Below are positions 19,991-29,016 of a stretch of 64,000 nt of DNA, in pieces (the first letter of the stretch is position 1; each line of letters begins with the position of its first letter). Made by a program: the position numbers and the translations under genes. Source of the DNA: Planctomycetota bacterium (GTDB lineage Bacteria > Planctomycetota > UBA1135 > UBA2386); contig OZ245006.1 in NCBI GenBank assembly GCA_965223545.1, positions 4,928,001 to 4,992,000 on the forward strand, given 5' to 3'. The notes under the pieces were generated by a model. That model did not search any database, had not been told where the DNA came from, and saw only the letters and a list, made by a program, of their open reading frames with translations.

Positions 19991-21001
19991 TCAGCCGGGC
20001 CGGTCGCGCCGGCGGCGCAGCGTGGTGTACTGCTCCTCCCGGTCGACGAGCTCGACGAACTCGGCGGTGCCCTGATCGTGCAGCTTGAACAGGACTCGCA
20101 GTTTCCGCGCGGCGCGGAGACTCCACAGCGCGCTGGCTTCGAGTCGCTTGACCTCGAGCCCGGGGTAGCTGGGGCCCTCGACGCAGAACAGCAACACCGC
20201 GTGCACGGCTTGCGCGATCGCGCGCCGGTCCTTGCCCTCGAGTGACTTGTAGAACGACGGTGCCAACACCGGCAGCCGGAAAGTGTCCGGCACGGGCGGT
20301 GGGGGGGGCGGTGGCTCCTTCTTGCGCCGGCCCTTCGGCAGCGCGGCGTGCAGCTTCTCGACTTCTTGTTCGAGAGTGCGGATCCGCGCTGCCTGCGCTG
20401 CGGCGCGCCGTCGCTGGTCTTGTTCGGCTTCTTCGAGCGTGCCGAGGTCGCGCAGCGCCTCGTGCAGGCGGTGGTGCACGTCGTCGTCGCCGGAGTTGTT
20501 CGGGTTCGGTGCCGCACTCTCGCGCAGCGCCTGCAGCTCGGCCCGTCGCCGGGCGCCGGTTGCGCGCTCGTGGTCGAGGTCGCGCTGTAGCTCGGCCTCG
20601 CGCTCGCGATGCCGGGCGGCGGTCGTGCGCGCGCGTTCGACTTCGCGCTGCAGGCGATCGATCTCGGCCTGCTTGTGCGCCAAGGCCCGCTCGTGCTGCT
20701 CGACGCGCTCGGTGGCCGGTGGCTTGTGCTGCTTCTTGGCCGCGCCTCCGAGATGCGCGACGAGGGCGGCACAGACGGCGTCGAGCTGCTCGACGTCATC
20801 GGAGGTGGTGAGCAGCTTGGCCAGCGCTGGCGCCGAGGCGCGTTCGACGCGGAAGCCCTTCGGTGCCACGCCGAAGCGGGCCGCGACCTCGCGCAGCGCG
20901 GCGACCGGAACCAGCGACACCAGCAGTGTCGCCAGCGGCACCGCGCCGCCGCCCTTGAGCGCTTGAGCGGACAGCTCGGCGGGGTCGAGGGGCTTGGTCA
21001 C
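19991..21001 (-). CDS. Hypothetical coiled-coil protein with C-terminal RelE/ParE-like domain
   Basis: Charged heptad-rich middle, Pro-rich linker, then FYKSL...PGLEVKRL..LWSLRAARKLRVLF. Confidence 0.6.
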   Translation of the reverse strand: MTKPLDPAELSAQALKGGGAVPLATLLVSLVPVAALREVAARFGVAPKGFRVERASAPALAKLLTTSDDVEQLDAVCAALVAHLGGAAKKQHKPPATERVEQHERALAHKQAEIDRLQREVERARTTAARHREREAELQRDLDHERATGARRRAELQALRESAAPNPNNSGDDDVHHRLHEALRDLGTLEEAEQDQRRRAAAQAARIRTLEQEVEKLHAALPKGRRKKEPPPPPPPVPDTFRLPVLAPSFYKSLEGKDRRAIAQAVHAVLLFCVEGPSYPGLEVKRLEASALWSLRAARKLRVLFKLHDQGTAEFVELVDREEQYTTLRRRRDRPG

Positions 21002-21057
21002 GGCGGGCGTGGGGTCGGGTGCGAGGGAAGCTCAGCGCGGCCACGGCCGCAACCAAA

Positions 21058-21218
21058 CTCGGATGCCGTTCTCGCCGGAGCGGGTTGCAAGGTCTGACAC
21101 ATCCGCCGCCGCGCTGAGCGCAGACGCCAGTGTTGCTTCTCCGCGTCCGGGAGTTGTGGTATGGAACTCGTGACGATAACCGGCCTTCGGAAGTGTTGTA
21201 GCCGCTCGACGATTCGAG
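21058..21218 (+). ncRNA. Candidate structured ncRNA, 6S (SsrS)-like rod with central bubble
   Basis: The 5' arm CTCGGA..TCGCCGGAGCGGGTTGCAA pairs with the 3' arm TTGTAGCCGCTCGACGATTCGAG using G-U pairs on the + strand; ~160 nt; intergenic. Confidence 0.4.
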
Positions 21219-21389
21219 GCGCCGGAGGCTTGGCACGCTCGGCGCTGGCGCGCCGCGCGTCAATAGGGCGGAGTCGAAACCGCGGCGCCGCGACTTCGGC
21301 GCAGCGCGGCGTTGGTGCGCGACGCCGGCGGCGGCACAATCGGGCGCGTCCCTCCCTCCCGTTTCGCACCCTCACGGGGCCGGTCCGCG

Positions 21390-22589
21390 ATGCTGCGCCT
21401 GAGCACGATGATGTTCCTCCAGTTCTTCATCTGGGGGAGTTGGTTCGTCACCACCGCGACCTACATGACGGCGCGGGGGTGGGACGGCGAGATGATCGGC
21501 AACGTCTACACGATGGGGCCGATCGCCGCCGTCGTGGCGCCGATCTTCCTCGGCTTGATCGCCGACCGATTCTTCGCCAGCCAAGTCGTGCTCGGGGTCC
21601 TGCACGTGGTCGGTGGCGCGATCATGCTGGCGGTGCCCTCGCTGGCGACCGACGCGGAGACCTTCGTGCTGTGCGTGCTGGTCTACATGCTGTGCTACAT
21701 GCCCACCCTGGGCCTCACCAACACGATCGCGTTCCACAACATCGTGGACCGCGAGAAGCAGTTTCCGATGGTGCGGGTGTTCGGCACGATCGGTTGGATC
21801 GCGGCCGGTTACCTGGTCAGCAAAGTGCTGAAGGCGGACTACACCGCCACGCAGTACTACGTGGCCGGCGGCGCGTCGATCGCGCTGGGCGTGTTCAGCT
21901 TCGTCTTGCCGAACACGCCGCCGCCGGCGAAGGGCAAGAAGGTGTCGCTGGCGGAGACGTTCGGTCTCGGCGCGCTGCCGCTGCTGCGCTCGCCGGCGTT
22001 CGCCGTGTTCATCGTCTGCTCCTGGCTGATCTGCATCCCGCTCGCCGGCTACTACAGCTTCGGCAACCTCTTCGCCGGCACCGAGTTCGCCGAGCCGGCC
22101 AGCGTGATGATCTGGGGCCAGGTGGCAGAGGTCGTCTTCATGGTGCTGATGCCGTTGTTCTTCGCGCGCTTGGGCGTCAAGTGGATGCTCGCGGTCGGCA
22201 TGCTGGCGTGGGTCGCCCGCTACGGCCTGTTCAGCGGTGCCGCCGACGGCGGGGTGGCGTGGATGATCGTCGCCGGCATCCTGCTGCACGGGATCTGCTA
22301 CGACTTCTTCTTCGTCACCGGACAGATCTACGTCGACAAGCGCTGCTCTCCCGAAGTGCGCGGGCAGGCGCAGAGCTTCCTCGTGGTCGTGACCCAGGGC
22401 TTGGGACTGGGGATCGGCGCGCAGCTGATGGGGCGCAGCCACGCCGCCTTGACCACCGGCGAGGGTGACGCTGCCGTCACCGACTGGACCACGTTCTGGT
22501 GGCAGCCGGCGTTGGGCGCCGCCGTGGTCCTCGTGCTGTTCGTGCTGCTGTTCCGCGACCGCAGCGTCGAGGAAGCGCGCGCCGGGTAA
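21390..22589 (+). CDS. MFS nucleoside:H+ symporter family transporter (NupG/XapB-like)
   Basis: LSTMMFLQFFIWGSW, ADRFFA, YMPT, RVFGTIGW, LLHGICYDFFFV; about 12 TM segments. Confidence 0.9.
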   Translation: MLRLSTMMFLQFFIWGSWFVTTATYMTARGWDGEMIGNVYTMGPIAAVVAPIFLGLIADRFFASQVVLGVLHVVGGAIMLAVPSLATDAETFVLCVLVYMLCYMPTLGLTNTIAFHNIVDREKQFPMVRVFGTIGWIAAGYLVSKVLKADYTATQYYVAGGASIALGVFSFVLPNTPPPAKGKKVSLAETFGLGALPLLRSPAFAVFIVCSWLICIPLAGYYSFGNLFAGTEFAEPASVMIWGQVAEVVFMVLMPLFFARLGVKWMLAVGMLAWVARYGLFSGAADGGVAWMIVAGILLHGICYDFFFVTGQIYVDKRCSPEVRGQAQSFLVVVTQGLGLGIGAQLMGRSHAALTTGEGDAAVTDWTTFWWQPALGAAVVLVLFVLLFRDRSVEEARAG

Positions 22590-22618
22590 GCCGGCCGCGC
22601 GCCGCTCGCGCGCGATCG

Positions 22619-22978
22619 CTACTTGGCGGGCACGTTGAGTGCCAGCACCTTGGCCTCGGTGCCCTTCGAGAACTCGTCCTTACAGTGCGGCGAGCACAGG
22701 TGCAGCGTGTAGCCCTCGTACTCGAGCGCGTTCTCGGCCTTGCCGTCCATACCGAGCGCGCAGTTGGCGCAGCGGCCGACCGTCTGGTCCTCGGTGCCGT
22801 CGAGGGCGTCGGCCTTGGCGAGGATGGCGCCGACCGGACTCGGCACTTCGCCACTGGCGGCGGGCTGCGAGGCGGGGGCCGGATCCGGTGCCGGAGCGCC
22901 GCTCTCGGTCTCCGGTGAGCAGGCGGCCAGCGCGAGGGCACCGGCCAAAGGGAGGGCGAGGAGGGTGTTGAATCGCAT
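22619..22978 (-). CDS. Small lipoprotein with YHS/TRASH-like Cys metal-binding motif
   Basis: Lipobox LAAC; CANCALGM...YEGYTLHLCSPHCKDEF. Confidence 0.7.
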   Translation of the reverse strand: MRFNTLLALPLAGALALAACSPETESGAPAPDPAPASQPAASGEVPSPVGAILAKADALDGTEDQTVGRCANCALGMDGKAENALEYEGYTLHLCSPHCKDEFSKGTEAKVLALNVPAK

Positions 22979-23069
22979 CGTTCGTGGTCTCGGGTGCAGG
23001 TCGGTGGGCATCGCAGTCATAGCGTGGTGGCCACGTCCCGTCCAACCGCCTGGTAGACTGCGCGGGCCT

Positions 23070-24422
23070 GTGACTGTCGCGCGATTCAATTCCCGGTGCC
23101 GCCGTGTGCAGCTGGCACCGGTGCTGCTGGTGGGTGCCTTGGTCGTGCCGCTGGCAGCGCCACTGGCGGCGCAGGACGCGCCGCGGCGCTGCGGTACGCG
23201 GCCGACGGCGGCGCGCGCCGCCGCGTCGTTGCCGCCGACGGGTGCCGCTCGGCTGCACACCGGTGCCCAGGACTGCTCCGATGCGATCACCCGACCGCTC
23301 GAGCGCTACCGCCCCGGCCCGCGCTTTCGCATCCCGGTGGTCGTGCACGTGATCTCGGCCACCAACGGGAGCGGCAGTCTGCCCGATGCCCGCATCCACA
23401 GTCAGGTGCGCGTGCTCAACGAGGACTTCGGCGCGCTGCCCGGAAGTCCGGGGGCGCTCGGCGCCGACTCCGGCCTGGAGTTCTACTTGGCGCGCGTCGA
23501 CCCCGCCGGCAACCCGACCAGCGGCATCACCCGCTCGGTCAACAACACGTGGTTCGCCGACGCGGGCGCCTACTACGACAGCCTGGCCTGGGACCCGTCG
23601 CGCTACCTCAACATCTACACCAACAACATCGGCAGCTTCGGCATTCTCGGCTACGTGCCCGCGCTGCCGGCCAGCGGCGGCCTGGTCGGCGCGAACGAGG
23701 ACCGCGTAGTGGTCCACTACGACGTGTTCGGCGTCAACCCGCTGGCATCGCCGTTCGGCGCCGGCCGGACCGCGACGCACGAGATCGGCCACTACTTGGG
23801 CCTGTTCCACCCGCACGACTTCGGCTGCGGCACCGCGGCGTGCTACACGAGTGGCGATCGCATCTGCGATACGCCGCCGCAGGCCGTGTTCGCCAGTGGC
23901 TGCCCGGCGAGCGGCACCTCGTGTGGCACGCCGGACCCGGTGCGCAACTACATGGGCTATGTCGACGACCTCTGCATGTGGGAGTTCACGCCGGAGCAAG
24001 TCCGCCGCATGCGCTGCACGCTCGAGCACTGGCGCTCGCAGCTGTTGACCGGCAGCGCGCTGGCGCGCCCGCGCAGCGAGGGCAACCCGTCGAGCTTCAC
24101 GGCGCAAGCGCCGGTGCTCGGCGGCGTGATGGCGCTCACCGTCGACCCATCGGTCACCGGCCACGGCTCTGCCGCGGTCTTCGCCTACGCGGCACCGGCC
24201 TCGGCGCCGTGGTTGGGCTATCAGCTGTTGGTCGACGTGACCGCGCCGCCGGGTGAGCTGTTGGGGCTGCCGCCGGGAACCGGTGCTCCTCTGCAGTGGA
24301 CTTTTGCGATCCCGAACGTGCCCGTGCTGGTCGGGGTCACGATGTTCGCCCAAGCGGCGCACTTCGGCCTTGCCCCGGGCGTCGCGCTGAGCAACGCGCA
24401 GGATCTGACGATCGGCTACTGA
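23070..24422 (+). CDS. Secreted M43 (pappalysin/ulilysin-like) zinc metalloprotease with shared C-terminal domain
   Basis: RRCGT Cys-switch-like motif, IPVVVHVI, YLNIY, THEIGHYLGLFH, ICDTP, NYM Met-turn; C-terminus VALSNAQDLTIGY. Start GTG 23070 (alternative 23106). Confidence 0.88.
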   Translation: MTVARFNSRCRRVQLAPVLLVGALVVPLAAPLAAQDAPRRCGTRPTAARAAASLPPTGAARLHTGAQDCSDAITRPLERYRPGPRFRIPVVVHVISATNGSGSLPDARIHSQVRVLNEDFGALPGSPGALGADSGLEFYLARVDPAGNPTSGITRSVNNTWFADAGAYYDSLAWDPSRYLNIYTNNIGSFGILGYVPALPASGGLVGANEDRVVVHYDVFGVNPLASPFGAGRTATHEIGHYLGLFHPHDFGCGTAACYTSGDRICDTPPQAVFASGCPASGTSCGTPDPVRNYMGYVDDLCMWEFTPEQVRRMRCTLEHWRSQLLTGSALARPRSEGNPSSFTAQAPVLGGVMALTVDPSVTGHGSAAVFAYAAPASAPWLGYQLLVDVTAPPGELLGLPPGTGAPLQWTFAIPNVPVLVGVTMFAQAAHFGLAPGVALSNAQDLTIGY

Positions 24423-24501
24423 CGCCCGCGCGGTCGGTGGTCGCGCCGATCGTGCCCTTTACGCGCGCCGGCACGCCGCCCATGCTCTGTCGCCAAACCC
24501 G

Positions 24502-26691
24502 ATGATCCACTCCCAACCGCGCATCGTCTTCGCAGCTCTGTTCGGTGTGGTGGTTCCGGCCACCAGCCTCGGCGATCCACCGCGCGCCCCCGACGAGGGC
24601 CAATGGTTGCCGCAGCAGGTCTTGGCCATGGATTGGGACGCGCTGCGCGCGCGCGGCATGGAGCTCGACAAGGACGAGTTCTGGCATCCCGAGCGCGGCG
24701 GCGTCCTGTCGGCGGCGGTGCAGATCAACGGCTGCAGCGCCTCGTTCGTCTCGGGCGAGGGATTGGTGGTGACCAACCACCACTGCGGCTTCGGCGCGGT
24801 GCAGCGGCTGAGCACCGTGGAGCGCAATCTCCTGCGCGATGGCTTCGCGGCGGCGACCCGTGCCGACGAGCTGCCCGCCCCGGGCATGACCGTGTCGGTG
24901 GTGCGGCGCATCCGCGACGTGAGCGCGGAGGTGCACGCCGCGCAAGCGGCGGCGACGGACGACCTGTCGCGCTGGCACGCGACGCGCCAGGTGATCGCCG
25001 AGCTCGTCGCGGAGGGGGAGCGCGAGCCCAACACGACGTGTCACGTCGCTTCGTTCCTCGAAGGGCAGAGCTACCACCTCTACTACCGCACGCAGCTCAC
25101 CGACGTGCGACTGGTGTACGCGCCGCCGCGCAGCGTCGGCGAGTTCGGCGGCGAGGTCGACAACTGGGAGTGGCCGCGGCACACCGGTGATTTCTGTTTC
25201 TTCCGCGCCTACGTCGCGCCGGACGGATCGCCGCGCGCGCACAGCCCCGACAACGTCTCGTTCGAGCCCGAGCACCATCTCGCGGTCTCCGCCCGGGGCG
25301 TCGCCGCCGGCGACTTGGTGATGATCCTCGGCTATCCCGGCCAGACCGAACGCTACTTGACCTCGGTCGCGGTCCAGGATCGCCAGACGCTGACGTATCC
25401 GTTGCGCTACCGGGCGTTCTCCGCCGTGCTCGACGTGCTGGCGCGGGCCGGTGCCGAGAGCGAGGAGAAGGCGCTGGCCTACTCGTCGATGGTGAAGAGC
25501 TTGGCCAACGTGCAGAAGAACGCGCTCGGCATGGTGCGCGGGCTGGCGCGCAACGGGGTAGTCGCCGCCAAGCTGGCGCAGGAGGAGGCGTTCCGCCGCT
25601 GGGTCGCGCAGACCGAAGAGCGCCGCGCCCAGTTCGGCACCGCCCTCGACGAGGTCATGGCGATTGACCTGGCCGAGCGCGAGACGCTGCACAAGGACAC
25701 GGTGATCGGCCTGCTCGGCAGCTCGTTCCTCAACCCGCTGTTGGCAGGGTTGGCGAACGCCGCGGGAGCGTTGAGCGCCGCGGCGGCGGCTCCGGCGGCG
25801 GCCGGCGCCGAGGGCGACGCCCCGGTGCCGAGTCTGCGCGGCCTCGCCGCCGGCCGGCTGGAGCGCGATCTCGAACTGGTCCAGCTGCCGGTGCTGGAGG
25901 TCTTGCTCGACGAGGCGCGCGCGCTGCCCGAGGGGCAGCGCATCGCCGGCACCGAAGCGCTGTGCGCGGCGCCGCCGGAGGTGCCGACCGGAGCATTGCT
26001 GCGCGACATGGTCGCGCGTTCGTCGATGCTCGACGCGGCGGCGCGCCTCGAGCTGTTCGGCCGCGGTTGGCAGGCGGTGGAAGCGAGCGAGGATCCGCTG
26101 GTCGCCCTGGCGCGGGGTCTCCACTCCGAGGCGCGCGCGCGCTCGCTGCGCGCGCAGGAGAGGCTCGGCCGGCGTTTGGTTGCCGGGCGGCGCTGGATCG
26201 AGGCGCAGCAGCGATGGCGCGGCGAGGCGTTCTATCCCGATGCCAACAGCACGCTGCGCGTGTCGATCGCCAACGTCAAGGGCTATGCCCCGCGCGATGG
26301 CGTGCGCTACACGCCGAAGACATCCGTCGCCGGCGTGGTCGCCAAGGAGACCGGTGAAGAGCCGTTTGCCAGCCCTTCCGCGCTGCTCGCCGCGGCGCCA
26401 GAACGGAGTGAGAGCCGCTTTCGCGACCCGGAGATCGGCGATGTGCCGGTGTGCTTCCTGTCCGACGGCGACACCACCGGTGGCAACTCGGGTTCGCCGG
26501 TGATCAACGGCAAAGGCGAGCTGGTCGGCCTCAACTTCGATCGCGTCTTCGAGAACGTCGCCGGGGACTACGGCTGGCGCGCGGAGGTGTCGCGGAACAT
26601 CAGCGTCGACATGCGCTACGTGCTCTGGATCATGGAGCAGGTGATGCCGGCGCCGCACCTTCTCGCCGAGATGGGCGTCGCCGGCGGCTGA
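24502..26691 (+). CDS. S46 family dipeptidyl peptidase, DPP11-type S1 residue
   Basis: DEGQW, GCSASFVS.EGLVVTNHHC, NWEWPRHTGDF, TTGGNSGSPV, GLNFDR. Confidence 0.93.
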   Translation: MIHSQPRIVFAALFGVVVPATSLGDPPRAPDEGQWLPQQVLAMDWDALRARGMELDKDEFWHPERGGVLSAAVQINGCSASFVSGEGLVVTNHHCGFGAVQRLSTVERNLLRDGFAAATRADELPAPGMTVSVVRRIRDVSAEVHAAQAAATDDLSRWHATRQVIAELVAEGEREPNTTCHVASFLEGQSYHLYYRTQLTDVRLVYAPPRSVGEFGGEVDNWEWPRHTGDFCFFRAYVAPDGSPRAHSPDNVSFEPEHHLAVSARGVAAGDLVMILGYPGQTERYLTSVAVQDRQTLTYPLRYRAFSAVLDVLARAGAESEEKALAYSSMVKSLANVQKNALGMVRGLARNGVVAAKLAQEEAFRRWVAQTEERRAQFGTALDEVMAIDLAERETLHKDTVIGLLGSSFLNPLLAGLANAAGALSAAAAAPAAAGAEGDAPVPSLRGLAAGRLERDLELVQLPVLEVLLDEARALPEGQRIAGTEALCAAPPEVPTGALLRDMVARSSMLDAAARLELFGRGWQAVEASEDPLVALARGLHSEARARSLRAQERLGRRLVAGRRWIEAQQRWRGEAFYPDANSTLRVSIANVKGYAPRDGVRYTPKTSVAGVVAKETGEEPFASPSALLAAAPERSESRFRDPEIGDVPVCFLSDGDTTGGNSGSPVINGKGELVGLNFDRVFENVAGDYGWRAEVSRNISVDMRYVLWIMEQVMPAPHLLAEMGVAGG

Positions 26692-26711
26692 GCGCCGCAG
26701 GGCCTGCGCCG

Positions 26712-28025
26712 CTACTCGCCGTGGTAGCCGCTCTGCAGAATGCCGCGCACGGTCGGCAAGAAGCACTCGTAGTCGGCGGCCATCTGCTCGGACGTCGTCC
26801 GGTAGATGATCTGCCCGTGGCGGTCGAGGACAACCGCTGCCGGGAACATCTCGACGCCGGCGAACGGCCGCCGGTAGTCGTAGTAGAAGGTGCCGACCGG
26901 GAACGGGAAGTCGTCGGCGTCGATGGCGCTCAGGTCCTTTTGTGGATCGATGCTGGCACCGAGGCCGAGCACCCGCACTCCCTCCTGTTGTAGCTCTGCC
27001 GCCGCCGCGCGCAGGACGCCGAACTGTCGTTCGCGGTCGTCGTCGTCGGGCAGGAACAGCCAGAGCAGCGTGAGCTCGTGCTCGTCGGTCGCCGGCGTGC
27101 GCAGCACGGCGTCGCTGAAACGGGCGTTGGCCAAATCGTCGAGTTGGCCGAGCACGGGCAGCGCGCCGTCGAGCACTTCGACCTCGCGGCCGGCGAAGCG
27201 GTTGTCGCGCTCTTCGAGGCCTTGCCGTACGCGCTCGACGGCGGGCCGCAGCGCAGCGGGGTAGGCGGTGGCCATGCCGAGTCGCTGGCGACCCGCGCCC
27301 GGCGCGAGGCCCGTGGTCGTGTCCACCAGCAGCCGCTCGCAAAGGGCGGCGTGCTTGGCGATCCCGGCGTAGATCTCCGTCGCGGTCGCGGTCGGGCTCT
27401 GCCGGATCATGGCCTCGAGTTGGCCGTAGTCTTCCGCGGTGTTCGTCGCCGTCTTGGCCAGCTCCTTGGCGCGCCGGACGGCGGTGCGCAGGCGCTTGCT
27501 GTCGCTGTGCTTCAGCGTGCCCTGCGCGGAACTGATGCCGGACAGTAGGTGCGCAAGGTCGCACACCCGCACGTTGTGCCAGACCACGTCTCCCTCGGGG
27601 TGCAGGAGAATGTGCTGCGGCGTGAGCACGACCGACGAGCCGAACATCATCTTGCGCACTGCCACCTCGGCCTGCGCAAGCTGTTGGGCGGGCTGTTGGA
27701 ACTCGGCGGCGACCTTCGCCCCGTCGCGCAGCTCGAACTTGCACGCCAGCACCGGCACCACGCGCTCACAGGCACGCACGAAGGTCGCGTCGCGATAGAT
27801 GTCGCGCAGCATCTGGCGGTTGCCGGATTCGTCGAACTGGTGGAAGACGACCAGCAACGGCTTGCCCTGTCGGCGCGCCTCCGCCTGCGCGGCGACCAGG
27901 TCGGTCCGCCACGGGACGCGCGCGGCGTCCTGGGCGGTGCTTCGCGCAGCCGAGGCGAGCGTCGCGGCAAGCACCAGGGATGCCAGGGCGCGCGGCAGTG
28001 CGCGACGTGGTGGGTTTCTCGACAT
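26712..28025 (-). CDS. Secreted protein with two thioredoxin-like domains lacking CxxC
   Basis: PWRTDLVAAQAEARRQGKPLLVVF at the N-terminus; FPFPV...GVEMFPAAVVLDRHGQI AhpC/TlpA-like C-terminus. Confidence 0.6.
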   Translation of the reverse strand: MSRNPPRRALPRALASLVLAATLASAARSTAQDAARVPWRTDLVAAQAEARRQGKPLLVVFHQFDESGNRQMLRDIYRDATFVRACERVVPVLACKFELRDGAKVAAEFQQPAQQLAQAEVAVRKMMFGSSVVLTPQHILLHPEGDVVWHNVRVCDLAHLLSGISSAQGTLKHSDSKRLRTAVRRAKELAKTATNTAEDYGQLEAMIRQSPTATATEIYAGIAKHAALCERLLVDTTTGLAPGAGRQRLGMATAYPAALRPAVERVRQGLEERDNRFAGREVEVLDGALPVLGQLDDLANARFSDAVLRTPATDEHELTLLWLFLPDDDDRERQFGVLRAAAAELQQEGVRVLGLGASIDPQKDLSAIDADDFPFPVGTFYYDYRRPFAGVEMFPAAVVLDRHGQIIYRTTSEQMAADYECFLPTVRGILQSGYHGE

Positions 28026-28420
28026 CGGTCCTCCTCTTCGTGAGCGCCGATCACCGTGGGTGGTGGGTGAGACGAAGGCAGGCGACACAACGCGGTGGGC
28101 AGGCCCCAGGATCCGCAATATGGCAAATTGCCACGGGCCAAGCCCGGTGTTCCGTTCTCGTCTCGTCCTCCGACTGAACGTCCGGCCACTGCATTCCGGA
28201 ACCGGAAATATTGTCGGATTCGGTGATCGTGCGATTGGGCGTTACAAGCCGCGCGCCAAACGCTCAGCGAATCGCTGAGAGTCGGTGGATGCGCGGCCGC
28301 GCATGCCCGAATCGCAGTGGCCGTTTCTCCGCACCGCTCTGTCGATTCAATTCACCGGCGCGAAAGTGTCTCGCCGGCGAGACGCGGGTGCGCCCGTGGA
28401 GGACGGGCAAAGTCGCGTCG

Positions 28421-28882
28421 TCAGCCGCGGTGTGCGCCGCAGCGTGTCGCGATTTCCAGCAGCGCGGCCACCTCTTCGTCGGTAAACGAGCGCGGTGACC
28501 GGTTGGCGATGCCGAGCGCGCCGACCACTGCACTGCCGTCGCGCACGGGCACCACGATCGAGCCCTGCAGGCCGGTGGCCTTGGCTCCCGGGCGGACGTC
28601 GCCGCTGGTGTCGGTCTGCAGGTTGCACGCGTCGACCGGCGCATTGCGCTCTACCGCTAATCCCGCCATTCCCTTGCCGACCGGGATCGCGCGGATCACG
28701 GCCAAGACGGCTTCCGGCAGGCCTGCGGAATGCGCCCGCAGGTGCAGCTGACCGTCTTCGCCGAGGAAGTGCAGGGTGCCGCTGTCGGCGCCGAACTGGG
28801 TCAGGATGTCCTGCAGCGCGGCATCGAACCGACCGGCGGCGAGCTGGCGGTCCAGCGCGTCCGTCCACGTGTTGTCCGTCAT
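28421..28882 (-). CDS. Stand-alone GAF domain protein
   Basis: IPVGKGMAGLAV, SIVVPV..VVGALGIA..RSFTDEE. Confidence 0.85.
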   Translation of the reverse strand: MTDNTWTDALDRQLAAGRFDAALQDILTQFGADSGTLHFLGEDGQLHLRAHSAGLPEAVLAVIRAIPVGKGMAGLAVERNAPVDACNLQTDTSGDVRPGAKATGLQGSIVVPVRDGSAVVGALGIANRSPRSFTDEEVAALLEIATRCGAHRG

Positions 28883-29016
28883 CGTCGCCTCTACTGTACC
28901 GCACGGCCCGCGCGCCGGGGCGTCGGCTTTTTCCGCCACCGCGCTGGTCTACGCTCTGGGTGAGCCCTTCGCCCGCCCGTGCCAGACCCTCGTCCGCCCT
29001 CGTTCGCCGGCTGCCG

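Noticed and set aside
21002..21389. tRNA, tmRNA, SRP RNA, RNase P or cobalamin riboswitch in this gap
   Set aside because: None of their hallmark motifs (T-loop GTTCGA with CCA end, SRP GGAA-loop motif, GAGGAAAGTCC, GCCACTG plus B12 box) is present; only a generic or 6S-like fold is supported.
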